Shown in pieces: positions 55,209 to 64,000 of a stretch of DNA of 64,000 nt; position 1 is the stretch's first letter; every line of letters starts with the position of its first letter. The translations under genes were made by a program, and so were the position numbers. The DNA comes from Gaiellaceae bacterium. Lineage in GTDB: Bacteria > Actinomycetota > Thermoleophilia > Gaiellales > Gaiellaceae. Under the pieces are notes generated by a model that worked only from the letters and a program-made list of their open reading frames with translations, searched no databases and was not told the origin of the DNA. The stretch spans positions 18,584 through 82,583 of the forward strand of contig DASREW010000032.1 of the NCBI GenBank assembly GCA_035651895.1, written 5' to 3'.

Positions 55209-55831
55209 TCGAACACCGTCGGCAGCGACGGCTCTCTCGCGTGCTCGAAGCAGATGCGCAGCTGCTCGGCCGAGCTGCGCACTGAGAGCTCCGGCAGCTC
55301 GTCGGCGCCGAAGAACCCGACGTCGTCGACCTCGATCGCGTGAAGCTCGCCCGTCGCTTCGTCTGCGAGCTCACAGAGGAACGCGAGCTTCCAGCCGTAG
55401 AACGGCCAGCGCGGGCGATCGCGCGAATCCTGCTCCCAGATGCCGACGAGCTTCGTCGCGCGCCCGGTGTACCCGGACTCCTCGCGCAGCTCCTTCTCCG
55501 CACTCGTGCGCGGCGACTCGCCCGTCTCCGCCCAGCCGCCGGGGAGCGACCAGCGCGCGTCGTCGACGTTGCGCACGAGCAGCACCTTGCCGTCACGGAA
55601 GGCGGCTGCGCGGACGTCGATCTTCGGGCAGGCGTGCCCGGTCTGCGCGGCGAAGGTCTCGACCAGCGACTCGAGCGGTTCGAGCTCCGACGCCGCCAGC
55701 TCGGCGGCGATCGCGCGCACGGCCTCGTAGCGCTCGTGCTCGAAGGGGCTGCCGGAGTAGTGCAGCCCGTTCTGCGCGATCGCCTGCAGGCGCCGCGCGA
55801 GATCGAGCCGCGGTCCGTCTAGCTCAGCCAG
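55205..55831 (-). CDS. NUDIX hydrolase with an N-terminal Nudix_N_2-like domain (start codon unresolved)
   Basis: Nudix box GGWAETGESPRTSAEKELREESG and N-domain LARRLQAIAQNGLHYS...ERYEAV. The only start-like codon near the domain start is CTG 55831. The canonical ATG lies about 30 codons upstream, inside the preceding small gene. Confidence 0.75.
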   Translation of the reverse strand: MAELDGPRLDLARRLQAIAQNGLHYSGSPFEHERYEAVRAIAAELAASELEPLESLVETFAAQTGHACPKIDVRAAAFRDGKVLLVRNVDDARWSLPGGWAETGESPRTSAEKELREESGYTGRATKLVGIWEQDSRDRPRWPFYGWKLAFLCELADEATGELHAIEVDDVGFFGADELPELSVRSSAEQLRICFEHAREPSLPTVFE

Positions 55832-55995
55832 AGGTAGACGAACGCGACGCCGAACGTGCCGCCGAACAGCACGCAGAACAGCACGAAGAGGCCCCACGCC
55901 CATTGGAGGTTCTTGCGTGCGAGCTCGCGCTCGAGCGCATCGGGTGCATCGACGAACGTCTCCGGAGGCAGGGGCTCGTGCACAGGCTCGGTCAT
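55819..55995 (-). CDS. 58-aa single-TM protein following ctaB (possible small oxidase-associated subunit)
   Basis: My own translation: MTEPVHEPLPPETFVDAPDALERELARKNLQWAWGLFVLFCVLFGGTFGVAFVYLWLS. The ATG directly abuts the ctaB stop. It is below the ORF-track cutoff. Confidence 0.5.
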   Translation of the reverse strand: MTEPVHEPLPPETFVDAPDALERELARKNLQWAWGLFVLFCVLFGGTFGVAFVYLWLS

Positions 55996-57168
55996 CTAGA
56001 GCACCACCGTGTCGATCGCCATCGCGACGAAGAGGAGCGCGAGGTACAGCAGCGAGTAGTGGAACAGGCGCACCGCCGCGACGCGCTCCATCGTCCGGCG
56101 GAGCTCGAAGGCGAGCCATACGAACACAGCGCCGAGCAGGAGCGCGGCGATGCCGTACACGAGCCCGAACGTGCCGAAGCCGACGGGCAGCAGCGTGACC
56201 GCCACCAGCACAATCGAGTAGCGCACGATCTGCCGCGCGGTCTCGCGGTCGCCGCGCGTCACCGGAAGCATCGGGACGCCTGCGCGCGCGTAGTGCTCCT
56301 TGATCATGAGCGCGAGCGCCCAGAAGTGGGGCGGCGTCCAGACGAACACGATCGCGAACATCACGAGCGCCGCCCACCCGAGATGGCCGGATGCGCCGGC
56401 GAACCCGACGAGCGGCGGCACGGCGCCCGCGGCACCGCCGATGACGATGTTCTGCGCGGTCGAGCGCTTGAGGTAGCGCGTGTAGACGACGACGTAGAAG
56501 AGGTTGCCGGCGAGTGCGAGGAGCGCGGTCGGCAGGTTCACGAGCGAGTCGAGCAGCACGAACGAGAAGGCCGACAGCGCGAGCCCGAACTCGAGCGCGC
56601 GCGGCGCAGGCACACGGCCGGAAGCGACGGGCCGCTTCTCGGTGCGTGACCCCATCAGCTGGTCGATGTCGCGGTCGAGATAGTGGTTGAGCGCCGACGC
56701 GCCGCCGCACGCCAGGGCGAGCCCCAGCATCGTCAGCACGAATGTCGACGCGGACGGGACGCCCTGCGCGCCGACGAACACGCCGGCGCCGCCGGTCAGC
56801 AGGAGCAACGACATGATGCGCGGCTTGGTCAGCGTGACGTAGTCCCGCCACGGCCCCTGCTCGGCGTGACCGCGGAATGCGACCACCGCGACGTAGGCGG
56901 TCGCCGCGAGCGCCAGCCCGGCGAAGAGGAGGTGCACGTCACGCCCGGTGAGGAGCGCTGCGAGCCCGAAGAGGACGAGCGCCGTGAGCGCAGGCCCGAG
57001 GAGCCGGCGCGCACCGACCCACGCCGTCGCGACGAGCGCGGCCAGGGGCGGCAGTGCGAGCGCCGCGAGCACGCGGTGCGCGGTGTCCCAGCCCGCAGCG
57101 CCGGAGACGACGGCGAGCCCGGTTCCGACGACGGCGAGCAGGGCGGTGAGACGCGCGAAGACCCCCAT
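55996..57168 (-). CDS. ctaB: Protoheme IX farnesyltransferase (heme O synthase) with an extra N-terminal segment of about 100 aa and 3 TM helices
   Basis: 390 aa from ATG 57168 (overlaps the ctaD stop, TGATG). The UbiA motif NHYLDRDID and the core begin at WRDYVTLTKPRIM. Confidence 0.88.
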   Translation of the reverse strand: MGVFARLTALLAVVGTGLAVVSGAAGWDTAHRVLAALALPPLAALVATAWVGARRLLGPALTALVLFGLAALLTGRDVHLLFAGLALAATAYVAVVAFRGHAEQGPWRDYVTLTKPRIMSLLLLTGGAGVFVGAQGVPSASTFVLTMLGLALACGGASALNHYLDRDIDQLMGSRTEKRPVASGRVPAPRALEFGLALSAFSFVLLDSLVNLPTALLALAGNLFYVVVYTRYLKRSTAQNIVIGGAAGAVPPLVGFAGASGHLGWAALVMFAIVFVWTPPHFWALALMIKEHYARAGVPMLPVTRGDRETARQIVRYSIVLVAVTLLPVGFGTFGLVYGIAALLLGAVFVWLAFELRRTMERVAAVRLFHYSLLYLALLFVAMAIDTVVL

Positions 57169-58811
57169 CAGAAGCCGCGCGTCTCCGCCAGGCGGCGGCG
57201 CAGATCGCGCAGCGGCCGTGCGCTCGTCACGTACGGGACCTTGTCGAAGTTCCAGTCGGGCGGGGGCGAGGTCGTGTACCACTCGAGCGTGTCCGCCTGC
57301 CACGGGTCGTTGCCGGCGCGCGGCCCCGTGCGGAACGTCTTGATCACGTTCCAGACGAAGACGAGCGAGCCGAGCAGCAGGACGCCCGAGCCGATCGACG
57401 AGATCATGTTGTAGACCTCCCAGAGCCCGCCGTTCGAGTACGTGTAGACGCGGCGCGGCATGCCGAGCAGTCCGAGCATGTGCTGCGGGAAGAACGTCAG
57501 GTTGAACCCGACGAGCCACAGCCAGAAGTGCGCCTTGCCGAGGTTCTCGTCGAGGATCCGCCCGAAGATCTTCGGCCACCAGTAGTAGATGCCGCCGAAG
57601 ATGCCGAAGATCGAGCCGCCGAAGAGCACGTAGTGCAGATGCGCGACGACGAAGTACGTGTCGGTGACGTCCCAGTCGATCGGGAACGCGGCCAGGAAGA
57701 TGCCCGAGAGCCCGCCGATCGTGAACACGCCGATGAAGCCCAGGCAGAACAGCATCGGCGTCGAGAAGCTGATGTTGCCGCGCCAGATCGTCGCGAGCCA
57801 GTTGAAGATCTTCACGCCCGTCGGGATCGCGATGATCATCGAGCTGATCATGAAGAAGACGTCGAGCCCCACCGGCAGCCCGACCGCGAACATGTGGTGC
57901 GCCCAGACGAGCAGCGAGTAGAACGCGATGCCCGCGGTCGAGATCGCGACCGCCTTGTAACCGAAGATCGGTTTGCGCGAGAAGACCGGAAGGATCTCCG
58001 AGACCATCCCCATCGCGGGCAGGATCATGATGTAGACCTCGGGGTGCCCGAAGAACCAGAAGACGTGCTGGAAGAGCAGCGCGCTTCCGCCGTGCGCCGG
58101 GTCGAAGAAGTGCGTTCCCGCCTGCCGGTCGAGCAGCATCATCGTCAGCCCGGCCGAGAAGACCGGTAGCACGATGATCAGCAGCCACGCGTAGGTGACG
58201 ATCGCCCACACGAAGAGCGGGATGCGCATCCACGACATGCCGGCGGTGCGCATGTTGTGCACCGTCACGACGAGGTTGATCGCGCCGACGAGCGACGAGA
58301 TCGAAAGGATGTGCAGCGAGAGGATCCACAGGTCGGTGCCGTTGCCCGGCTCGTGCAGCGTCGACAGCGGCACGTACTCCGTCCAGCCGGCCGCCGCCGT
58401 GCCGCCCTTGCAGAAGAAGCTGAGCCACATCACGACGCCGCCCAGCAGGTACAGCCAGTACGAGAGCGCGTTCAGCTTCGGGAACGCCATGTCGCGCGCG
58501 CCGATCATCAGCGGTACGAGGTAGTTGCCGAAGCCCGCGAGGATCGGGACGATGACGAGGAAGATCATCGTCGTGCCGTGGATCGTGACCACCTGGTTGT
58601 ACGACTGCTTGGTGAGGAAGTGCTCGTCCGGTGTGGCGAGCTGCGCGCGGATGAGCAGCGCGAGGATCCCGCCGGCGGCGAAGAACATGAGCGCCGTCCA
58701 GATGTAGAGGATCCCGATCCGCTTGTGGTCGACGGTCGTGAGCCACGACGTCAGCCGGCCGCGCCGCCAGTCGGCGCGGTAGGGCTGGACGGATTCGACG
58801 TTGACGGCCAC
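57168..58811 (-). CDS. ctaD: Cytochrome c oxidase subunit I
   Basis: 547 aa: WLTTVDHKRIGILY, HVFWFFGHPEVYIMILPAMG. Confidence 0.95.
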   Translation of the reverse strand: MAVNVESVQPYRADWRRGRLTSWLTTVDHKRIGILYIWTALMFFAAGGILALLIRAQLATPDEHFLTKQSYNQVVTIHGTTMIFLVIVPILAGFGNYLVPLMIGARDMAFPKLNALSYWLYLLGGVVMWLSFFCKGGTAAAGWTEYVPLSTLHEPGNGTDLWILSLHILSISSLVGAINLVVTVHNMRTAGMSWMRIPLFVWAIVTYAWLLIIVLPVFSAGLTMMLLDRQAGTHFFDPAHGGSALLFQHVFWFFGHPEVYIMILPAMGMVSEILPVFSRKPIFGYKAVAISTAGIAFYSLLVWAHHMFAVGLPVGLDVFFMISSMIIAIPTGVKIFNWLATIWRGNISFSTPMLFCLGFIGVFTIGGLSGIFLAAFPIDWDVTDTYFVVAHLHYVLFGGSIFGIFGGIYYWWPKIFGRILDENLGKAHFWLWLVGFNLTFFPQHMLGLLGMPRRVYTYSNGGLWEVYNMISSIGSGVLLLGSLVFVWNVIKTFRTGPRAGNDPWQADTLEWYTTSPPPDWNFDKVPYVTSARPLRDLRRRLAETRGF

Positions 58812-59795
58812 TTACTTCGGAAGGGTCTTCGTGTAGGCGATCAGGGCGTCGATCTGGTGGCCGGTCCAGTTCTTGCCGACGGCGGGCATGACTCCGATGC
58901 TGCCACTTTCACCGTTGCGGAGCAGCGACTCGAGACCGGTCCGGTTCGTGAGCAGCGAGTTGCCGCCGATCGCCGGGCCGATGTATTGGTGGTCGAGGCG
59001 GTGGCACTTCTCGCAGACGCCCTGCCACTCCTCCTTGCCGAGCGCCATCGTGCCGGCGGCGCTCGCCCGGTTCGAGATGAACGTCTTGTACTGCGCGCGC
59101 GGCACGACCTTCACGGTCCCGTCCATCAGCGCGTGCTGGATGCCGCACAGCTCCGCGCAGCGGGCGACGTAGCTCCCCACGGGCGCATCGAACCACGTCT
59201 TGTTCGTCTTGCCGGGGATGGCGTCGTACTTGCCGCCGAGCTCGGGGACCCACCACGAGTGGTTCACGTCGTACGGCAGACCGACGATGTCCTCGTGCAC
59301 GACTTCGTGCGCCGGCGCAACCATCGTGTTGATCGAGATCGCGCCGTTCGGGTAGCGGAAGAGCCAGTAGAACTGGTGGCCTTCGATGGTGATCGTCGTC
59401 TCGTTCGCGGCGGACGCCTTCGGGGCGTCGGTGATGCCGGGCAGCTTGTAGAAGACGAACGTCCCGATCGCGGCGAGGATCAGCACCGGGATGACCGTCC
59501 AGATGATCTCGAGGCGCGTCGCACCGTGGATCTGCGGTCCTTCGGCGGTCGCCGCGCGCTTGCCGCGGCGGTACTTGACGACGAACAGGATCAGCGCGCC
59601 TTCGACGAGCAGGAAGATCGCGCCCGTGAAGCCCGCCACGAAGATGAACGCGTCCGTGACGCGGTGCGCGTTCGGCGAATGGGGCGACGCGGGCAGGAAT
59701 CCGGCGTTCCCGGCGAGCGCGACTGCGGCAAGGGACAGCGCCGCGACGCTCGTGACGAGGATGGCAAGGGCGATGCGACGCACTGCGAATGGCAT
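58812..59795 (-). CDS. ctaC: Cytochrome c oxidase subunit II with a fused C-terminal cytochrome c domain (caa3 type)
   Basis: 327 aa with CuA site CAELCGIQHALM and heme c site CEKCH. Confidence 0.92.
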   Translation of the reverse strand: MPFAVRRIALAILVTSVAALSLAAVALAGNAGFLPASPHSPNAHRVTDAFIFVAGFTGAIFLLVEGALILFVVKYRRGKRAATAEGPQIHGATRLEIIWTVIPVLILAAIGTFVFYKLPGITDAPKASAANETTITIEGHQFYWLFRYPNGAISINTMVAPAHEVVHEDIVGLPYDVNHSWWVPELGGKYDAIPGKTNKTWFDAPVGSYVARCAELCGIQHALMDGTVKVVPRAQYKTFISNRASAAGTMALGKEEWQGVCEKCHRLDHQYIGPAIGGNSLLTNRTGLESLLRNGESGSIGVMPAVGKNWTGHQIDALIAYTKTLPK

Positions 59796-59805
59796 CGTAT
59801 AGAGC

Positions 59806-60108
59806 GTGGATTCAGGGAGTCAGGTAGAGCTGCCCCTCGGTGTCACGCCCCCGTTCGAGGTGTTCGTGAACGGCGTCCCGAAGCGCCCGGGCGTCGACTT
59901 CGAGCAGCGCGGCCGGACGCTTCTCTTCACCGAGCAGCTGACGCAGGAAGGCCGCCTCGGCTTCTGGCGCTGGCTCTCGCTCTTCCTCGGCGTCGCCGGG
60001 ACCTACCGGCGCGACGACAAGGTGGACGTCATCTACCAGTCGGGCGGCCGCCGGACGGTCGTCACGCTGACGCCGGTGGCTCAGGCGGCCGGCGACGCCG
60101 GCTCCTGA
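59806..60108 (+). CDS. Hypothetical 100-aa protein
   Basis: Coding-like composition (FEVFVNGVPKRPGVDFEQRGRTLLF...). However, it starts only 10 nt from the divergent ctaC start, and its last 47 nt overlap the convergent surface-protein gene. Confidence 0.45.
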   Translation: MDSGSQVELPLGVTPPFEVFVNGVPKRPGVDFEQRGRTLLFTEQLTQEGRLGFWRWLSLFLGVAGTYRRDDKVDVIYQSGGRRTVVTLTPVAQAAGDAGS

Positions 60109-62713
60109 GGACGACTGCCCCCGCAAGCGCGAGCGCGGCGGCGAGCAGGACGATCAGCAGCAGCCAGGACCGGCTCCCGCTCGAGCCCGGGCTCGGGCTC
60201 TTGCCTGCGGTTGTCCGCCGCAGCGCGAAGTGCGAGACCGGCTGCGCCTGCGGCGCCGGGCTCGGGTCTGCGGGCTCCGTCGCGTTCGTGGCGGGATGGG
60301 GCGGCGTTCCGGTCTCGGTCGGGCCCGTACGCAGTGACGCGAGCGACGTCACCGGGTCGCCCGCTGCGTCGCGTCCGGCGACGGCGACGGCGTGCAGGCC
60401 GCGGGCCGTTCCGGCGGGCACCGTGAATCGAACGGCCGCGACGCCGTGCGCATTCGCCTCGCCCTTCGCGACCGTCGTGCCGTCGAGGCTGACCGAGACC
60501 GAAGAGCCCGGTGCATAGCCGACGCCGGCGGCGGCCCAGGGCCGTCCTGCGGCTGCCGTTCCGCTCGAGCCCAGCGCGGGGTCGACCTTCACGACGACGG
60601 GGAAGGAGCTCACCGTCTGACGGTCGGCGCCGTCGGTCGCGCTGCACGAAACCGGCGTCCAGCCGGGTGCGAGCCCCGTCGACGGCCCCGGGTTGCACGC
60701 AACGGGCAGCGACTCGCCGAGATCGTCGTGCGCGGTCGGGCTCGGGTACGAGCTCGCGCCGCCCGCGAGCGGGCCGCTCGAGGCGACGAGCACGGTGGCG
60801 CGCTTCGGCACGACGATCACCGGCGCGTTCCCCGCTGCCGGTGCGGCGCGGTCGACGTCGACGGTGAACGGCCCGGCGGTGACGCACGTGCCGGCTTTGC
60901 TGCACACGGCGCGAGAGCTCGTCTGCGCGCGCGAGTCCGCCCGGCCCGCTGCCACAGCAGTCGCGAGCGCGAACGAGCTGTCGGCCGCGTTGCGCAGACC
61001 CGAGCCCGTGTCGGAGGCGGTGCACGCGACGCGCACATTCAGGTCGACCTTCCCGGTAGGGGCCGGCGCGCACGCGATGTGCGGCTTGGTCGTGTCGATG
61101 TGGATGCCCGTGATCGGCCCAGCGGTCGCGCACACGCCGACCTTCGAGCAGACCTGACGCGTCCCCGTCCGCGCGTCGGCAGTCGACCCGTCCACGGGCG
61201 CTCTCGCGACGAGGCTGAAGGATCCGTCGCTCGCGTGTGCGAGCCCGGACGCGGTGTCGTAGGCGCTGCACCGCACGGTGACCGAGGTGTTCGCCCAGCC
61301 GGCGGGCGGCTTGCTACACGCGACGGACGGCGGCTTCGCGTCGATCTGCACCGCCACAGGTCCGGCGACGGCGCAGTTCCCGACGGCGTCGCACACCTTG
61401 CGCGTGCCGGTCGTGTTCTTCGGCGCCCTTCCGACGAGCGAGAACGTCGCGCCGGTCCCGCGTGCGAGTCCCGCGCCGTCGTCGCGCGCCACGCAAGGCA
61501 CGGACACAGGGCCGCGGCTCCAGCCGGACGGCGGAACGCACGAGACGGTCGGAGGCGCGAGATCGACCTCGAGCCCCTTCACGGGGCCGACGGTCACGCA
61601 CGTCTGGACGACGCTGCACACGCGCGCACTGCCGGTCGAAGCCGCGTCGCTCACTGCACCGTTGCCGACGGTCGTCGTCAGCTTCACGGTCGACTGCGTC
61701 GGGTCGGCGAGCCCGGACCCGGCGTCGGTTACATGGCACAGGATGGTCGCCTGGCGGCCGACCCAGCCGGACGGGCGCGGCCCGCACGTGGCCACCGGCG
61801 TGCTCTTGTCGATCTCGATCGGGCCGAACGGTCCGACGGTCGAGCAGTTACCCGCGGCGTCGCAGACCTTCTCGGCCGGCAGGGTCACCCGGCCCGCCTG
61901 GCCCGCGGGCACGCTTGCCGTGAAGGTGAGCGACGACTGCGACGGTTGCGCGAGCCCCGAGCCTCCGTCCTCGGCGACGCAGTGGATCGTCACGTCGGCG
62001 GCCTGCCAGTCATCGGGGACGGGATCGCACGCCGTTGTCGGCGGGCGGCGGTCGAGAGCGATGCCGTCGACCGGGCCCGCGATCGAGCATGCTCCGTCGA
62101 CGTCGCAGACCGTCCGCGCCGTCGTAGCGACGTCGTTCGACTCCGCGCCGTCGGGGAGCGTGGCGCTCAGGTCGAAGTGCGCGTCGCTTGGATCCTGCAG
62201 GCCGACGGTCGAGCTCGCCGTGCAGGCGATGGTGACGGTCGTCGTGCTCCAGCCCGACGGCGCGGGGCTGCACGAGACGGCAGGCCCGTCGTCGGCCTTC
62301 TGCTGCGCCTTCGCGGCCTGCACCGACGCGCCGCCTGCCGCGACGAGCAGCAGCCGGTACGGCTGCTTCGCATCCGACGGCGCCACCTGCAGCTCGTAGG
62401 TGCGGCCGGCGCGCGCGCGGAACGACGCGGGTGCCGTGCGTGCGGCGGCGCCGCCGGCAGACGACGCGACCTGCTGCCGCGCGGTCGTGCCGCGATAGAC
62501 ACGCACCGCCGGCGCGGGTCCAGCGGCGGCCGGCGCGACGGTGATGCGTTCGTTCGCCCGCGCCGTCCACGTGAACAGCTGCGTCCCCGTTCCGGTGACG
62601 AGGTCGTGACGTACGACGGTCGGCGCTGCCGTGTGCGACGACGGCCGCACGATCACGGCGACGACGACCACTGCAGTGGCGACGGCGAGCCCGGCTGCGA
62701 GCAGGCGTCTCAT
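60062..62713 (-). CDS. Large cell-surface protein: signal/TM, PPC-like domain, six Cys4 Ig-like repeats, HYR-like and Ig-like modules, C-terminal TM anchor
   Basis: 883 aa from ATG 62713 (ATGA overlap with the upstream gene). Six ~81-aa repeats match C-x-P-x-P-x-GW...V-x-C-x-A-x-D-x-x-SGL...VC-x-x-x-G-x-C-x-x-x-GP. The C-terminus is WLLLIVLLAAALALAGAVVLRSRRRR. Confidence 0.8.
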   Translation of the reverse strand: MRRLLAAGLAVATAVVVVAVIVRPSSHTAAPTVVRHDLVTGTGTQLFTWTARANERITVAPAAAGPAPAVRVYRGTTARQQVASSAGGAAARTAPASFRARAGRTYELQVAPSDAKQPYRLLLVAAGGASVQAAKAQQKADDGPAVSCSPAPSGWSTTTVTIACTASSTVGLQDPSDAHFDLSATLPDGAESNDVATTARTVCDVDGACSIAGPVDGIALDRRPPTTACDPVPDDWQAADVTIHCVAEDGGSGLAQPSQSSLTFTASVPAGQAGRVTLPAEKVCDAAGNCSTVGPFGPIEIDKSTPVATCGPRPSGWVGRQATILCHVTDAGSGLADPTQSTVKLTTTVGNGAVSDAASTGSARVCSVVQTCVTVGPVKGLEVDLAPPTVSCVPPSGWSRGPVSVPCVARDDGAGLARGTGATFSLVGRAPKNTTGTRKVCDAVGNCAVAGPVAVQIDAKPPSVACSKPPAGWANTSVTVRCSAYDTASGLAHASDGSFSLVARAPVDGSTADARTGTRQVCSKVGVCATAGPITGIHIDTTKPHIACAPAPTGKVDLNVRVACTASDTGSGLRNAADSSFALATAVAAGRADSRAQTSSRAVCSKAGTCVTAGPFTVDVDRAAPAAGNAPVIVVPKRATVLVASSGPLAGGASSYPSPTAHDDLGESLPVACNPGPSTGLAPGWTPVSCSATDGADRQTVSSFPVVVKVDPALGSSGTAAAGRPWAAAGVGYAPGSSVSVSLDGTTVAKGEANAHGVAAVRFTVPAGTARGLHAVAVAGRDAAGDPVTSLASLRTGPTETGTPPHPATNATEPADPSPAPQAQPVSHFALRRTTAGKSPSPGSSGSRSWLLLIVLLAAALALAGAVVLRSRRRRPPEPPASA

Positions 62714-64000
62714 GCGCAGATGTTGGGCTTCGGGACGGTGACGATGCCGGCGATGCTGCCGCTCAGGCACACCTGGTCGTTGCTGTAGGTCACGCCGATG
62801 CTCCCAAGCGTGTTCGGATCGCTCCAGCCGGTCGAGACCCCCGACCAGCTGATGCTGATCGTCGGCGTCTCGTACCAGGCGCTGACGTTGACGTTCGAGT
62901 CGCCGAGGTGGAACCCGTTCTGGTCGATCGTTCCGGTGACGTCGTAGCTGAGCGTGCCGCCGACGAGCACCAGGTCGAGCGCGTTCACCGGTCCGAGCGT
63001 GCCGCCCTGGTTGTCGAGGCTCGCCGTGAGCGAGAAGCTGCTCGGGCTGGTGAAGCTGCCGCTCACGGTGACGGTTCCGACTCCCGACACGCTCGCGTTC
63101 GCGTCGAACCAGACACCGGTGCTCACGCCCGCATCCGCCGAGCAGTAGTTGCCGGCGCAGAGGCCGACGGTGCCGTTGACGGTGCTGCCGAAGAGGCTGA
63201 AGCCGGTCGTGAGCGACGCGGCGAGCGTCCCGTCGGCGTAGACGCCGCCGTTGACCGTCACGTTGCCGACGCCGAGCGGGAAGTTGTACGAGCCGCTCAA
63301 CGTGAAGCCGCCGTTGCTGAGCACGGCGGATCCGTTCACCTGGCCGCCGAAGAACGACAGGTTCGAGACCTTGGCGTAGAAGCAGAACGCGGTGCCGCCG
63401 CCGAACGCGTAGCCGGCGTCGCCGTTCGGGTCGACCGTGTAGCTGACCGAATCCGGGATCGAAGACGTGAAGCTGCACGACGCCGAGAGCTGCCCTGACC
63501 CGACGGCAATCGTGCCCGCGGCGTCGATGCTCGTGCCGCCGATCGTCACGCGCCCGGCCAGTGCGAATCGCTGCGGCGTGAGGCTCGCGGCGACTTCCGA
63601 GACGGTGTAGCCGTCGAGCACGACCTTGCCGGCTGCGTCGAGCTCGTAGGTGAGCGATCCGCCGGTATCGCTCGCCTCGAGCAGCCCGTACAGCTGCGCG
63701 CCGTTCGTCTGCGAGCCGACGCTGAGCGAGCCGTCGCCGTGCAGGTACAGCGACCCACCGACGGAACCGGCGCCGAACGAGCCCGTGAATGCGACGCCGC
63801 CGAGTGTCATGTTCGACGCGGCGCTCATCGAGAGGTACCAGTCGCCCTGCTGCGCTTGCTGCTCCTGCCAGCCGTGCTTGCACGTCTGGAAGGCGGTCGT
63901 GCACTGGTCGTCGTCGACGACGAGCTGGCCCTGGGCGGGCGTCCCCCAGTAGAACGCGCCCGAGACGTTGACCTTCGTGTTCGCGATGCGGCTGAGGTCG
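62710..64000 (-). CDS. Gly/Ser/Thr/Val-rich beta-strand protein of unknown function, 5'-partial (continues beyond the window end)
   Basis: The frame is open to the window edge: DLSRIANTKVNVSGAFYWGTPAQGQLVVDDDQCTTAFQTCKHGWQEQ... precedes the track Met at 63828. It is translationally coupled to the repeat protein. Confidence 0.65.
   Translation of the reverse strand, partial: DLSRIANTKVNVSGAFYWGTPAQGQLVVDDDQCTTAFQTCKHGWQEQQAQQGDWYLSMSAASNMTLGGVAFTGSFGAGSVGGSLYLHGDGSLSVGSQTNGAQLYGLLEASDTGGSLTYELDAAGKVVLDGYTVSEVAASLTPQRFALAGRVTIGGTSIDAAGTIAVGSGQLSASCSFTSSIPDSVSYTVDPNGDAGYAFGGGTAFCFYAKVSNLSFFGGQVNGSAVLSNGGFTLSGSYNFPLGVGNVTVNGGVYADGTLAASLTTGFSLFGSTVNGTVGLCAGNYCSADAGVSTGVWFDANASVSGVGTVTVSGSFTSPSSFSLTASLDNQGGTLGPVNALDLVLVGGTLSYDVTGTIDQNGFHLGDSNVNVSAWYETPTISISWSGVSTGWSDPNTLGSIGVTYSNDQVCLSGSIAGIVTVPKPNICA

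Noticed and set aside
59806-60108. Considered dropping this 100-aa ORF as a shadow, because it overlaps the surface-protein gene end by 47 nt and starts 10 nt from ctaC.
   Set aside because: I did not drop it. The amino-acid composition is balanced and protein-like, unlike the shadow ORFs, so it is kept as a low-confidence CDS rather than promoted to a finding.

Overview
This is 64 kb of very GC-rich, densely coding chromosome of actinobacterial type. Markers include the fhaA-fhaB-pstP-rodA-pbpA-pknB cluster, opcA, PdtaS/PdtaR, ClpS and HisN. The exact taxon cannot be read from the sequence; a deep-branching Actinomycetota such as Thermoleophilia or Rubrobacteria is only an inference. I support about 68 CDS and saw no rRNA, tRNA or CRISPR array. 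Gene order: (1) a maltodextrin ABC uptake operon with a GH13 enzyme and LacI regulator (1-5487, minus); (2) gabT and a Ser/Thr kinase; (3) the cell-wall growth signalling operon, with ddl appended and an extra kinase fused to a polytopic membrane domain (8369-18057, minus); (4) membrane, DUF4446, HNH, rhodanese and SIMPL genes; (5) a nitrogen block of GS type II, CDF exporter, pyrophosphatase, ABC-2 exporter and GS type I; (6) PdtaS, then five small genes, then PdtaR-ClpS; (7) LLM oxidoreductase, AKR, ABC-F and a CHASE3 histidine kinase; (8) a pentose-phosphate supercluster of FGGY kinase, FAD reductase, tkt, rpiB, tal, pgi, gnd, zwf and opcA (40176-50919); (9) an IS200/RAYT-type Y1 transposase cassette with 29-nt inverted palindromic ends; (10) hisN, a secreted FN3-like protein, amidase, NUDIX and a caa3-type oxidase operon (ctaC-ctaD-ctaB); (11) a two-gene surface-protein operon running off the window end. 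The leads I rank highest: a GTAG-plus-hairpin REP-like element family with four sense-oriented copies at gene junctions, including a tandem pair that forms an in-frame 46-codon bridge between two ATGA-coupled ABC genes and donates the SD; the RAYT cassette, whose inverted ends supply the last codons of both flanking convergent genes; several genes that only make sense with near-cognate start codons overlapping the upstream stop (CTGA, ATAG); an active kinase fused to a polytopic membrane domain next to fhaA; and a six-fold Cys4 Ig-like repeat surface protein. I found no recognisable defence or toxin system.
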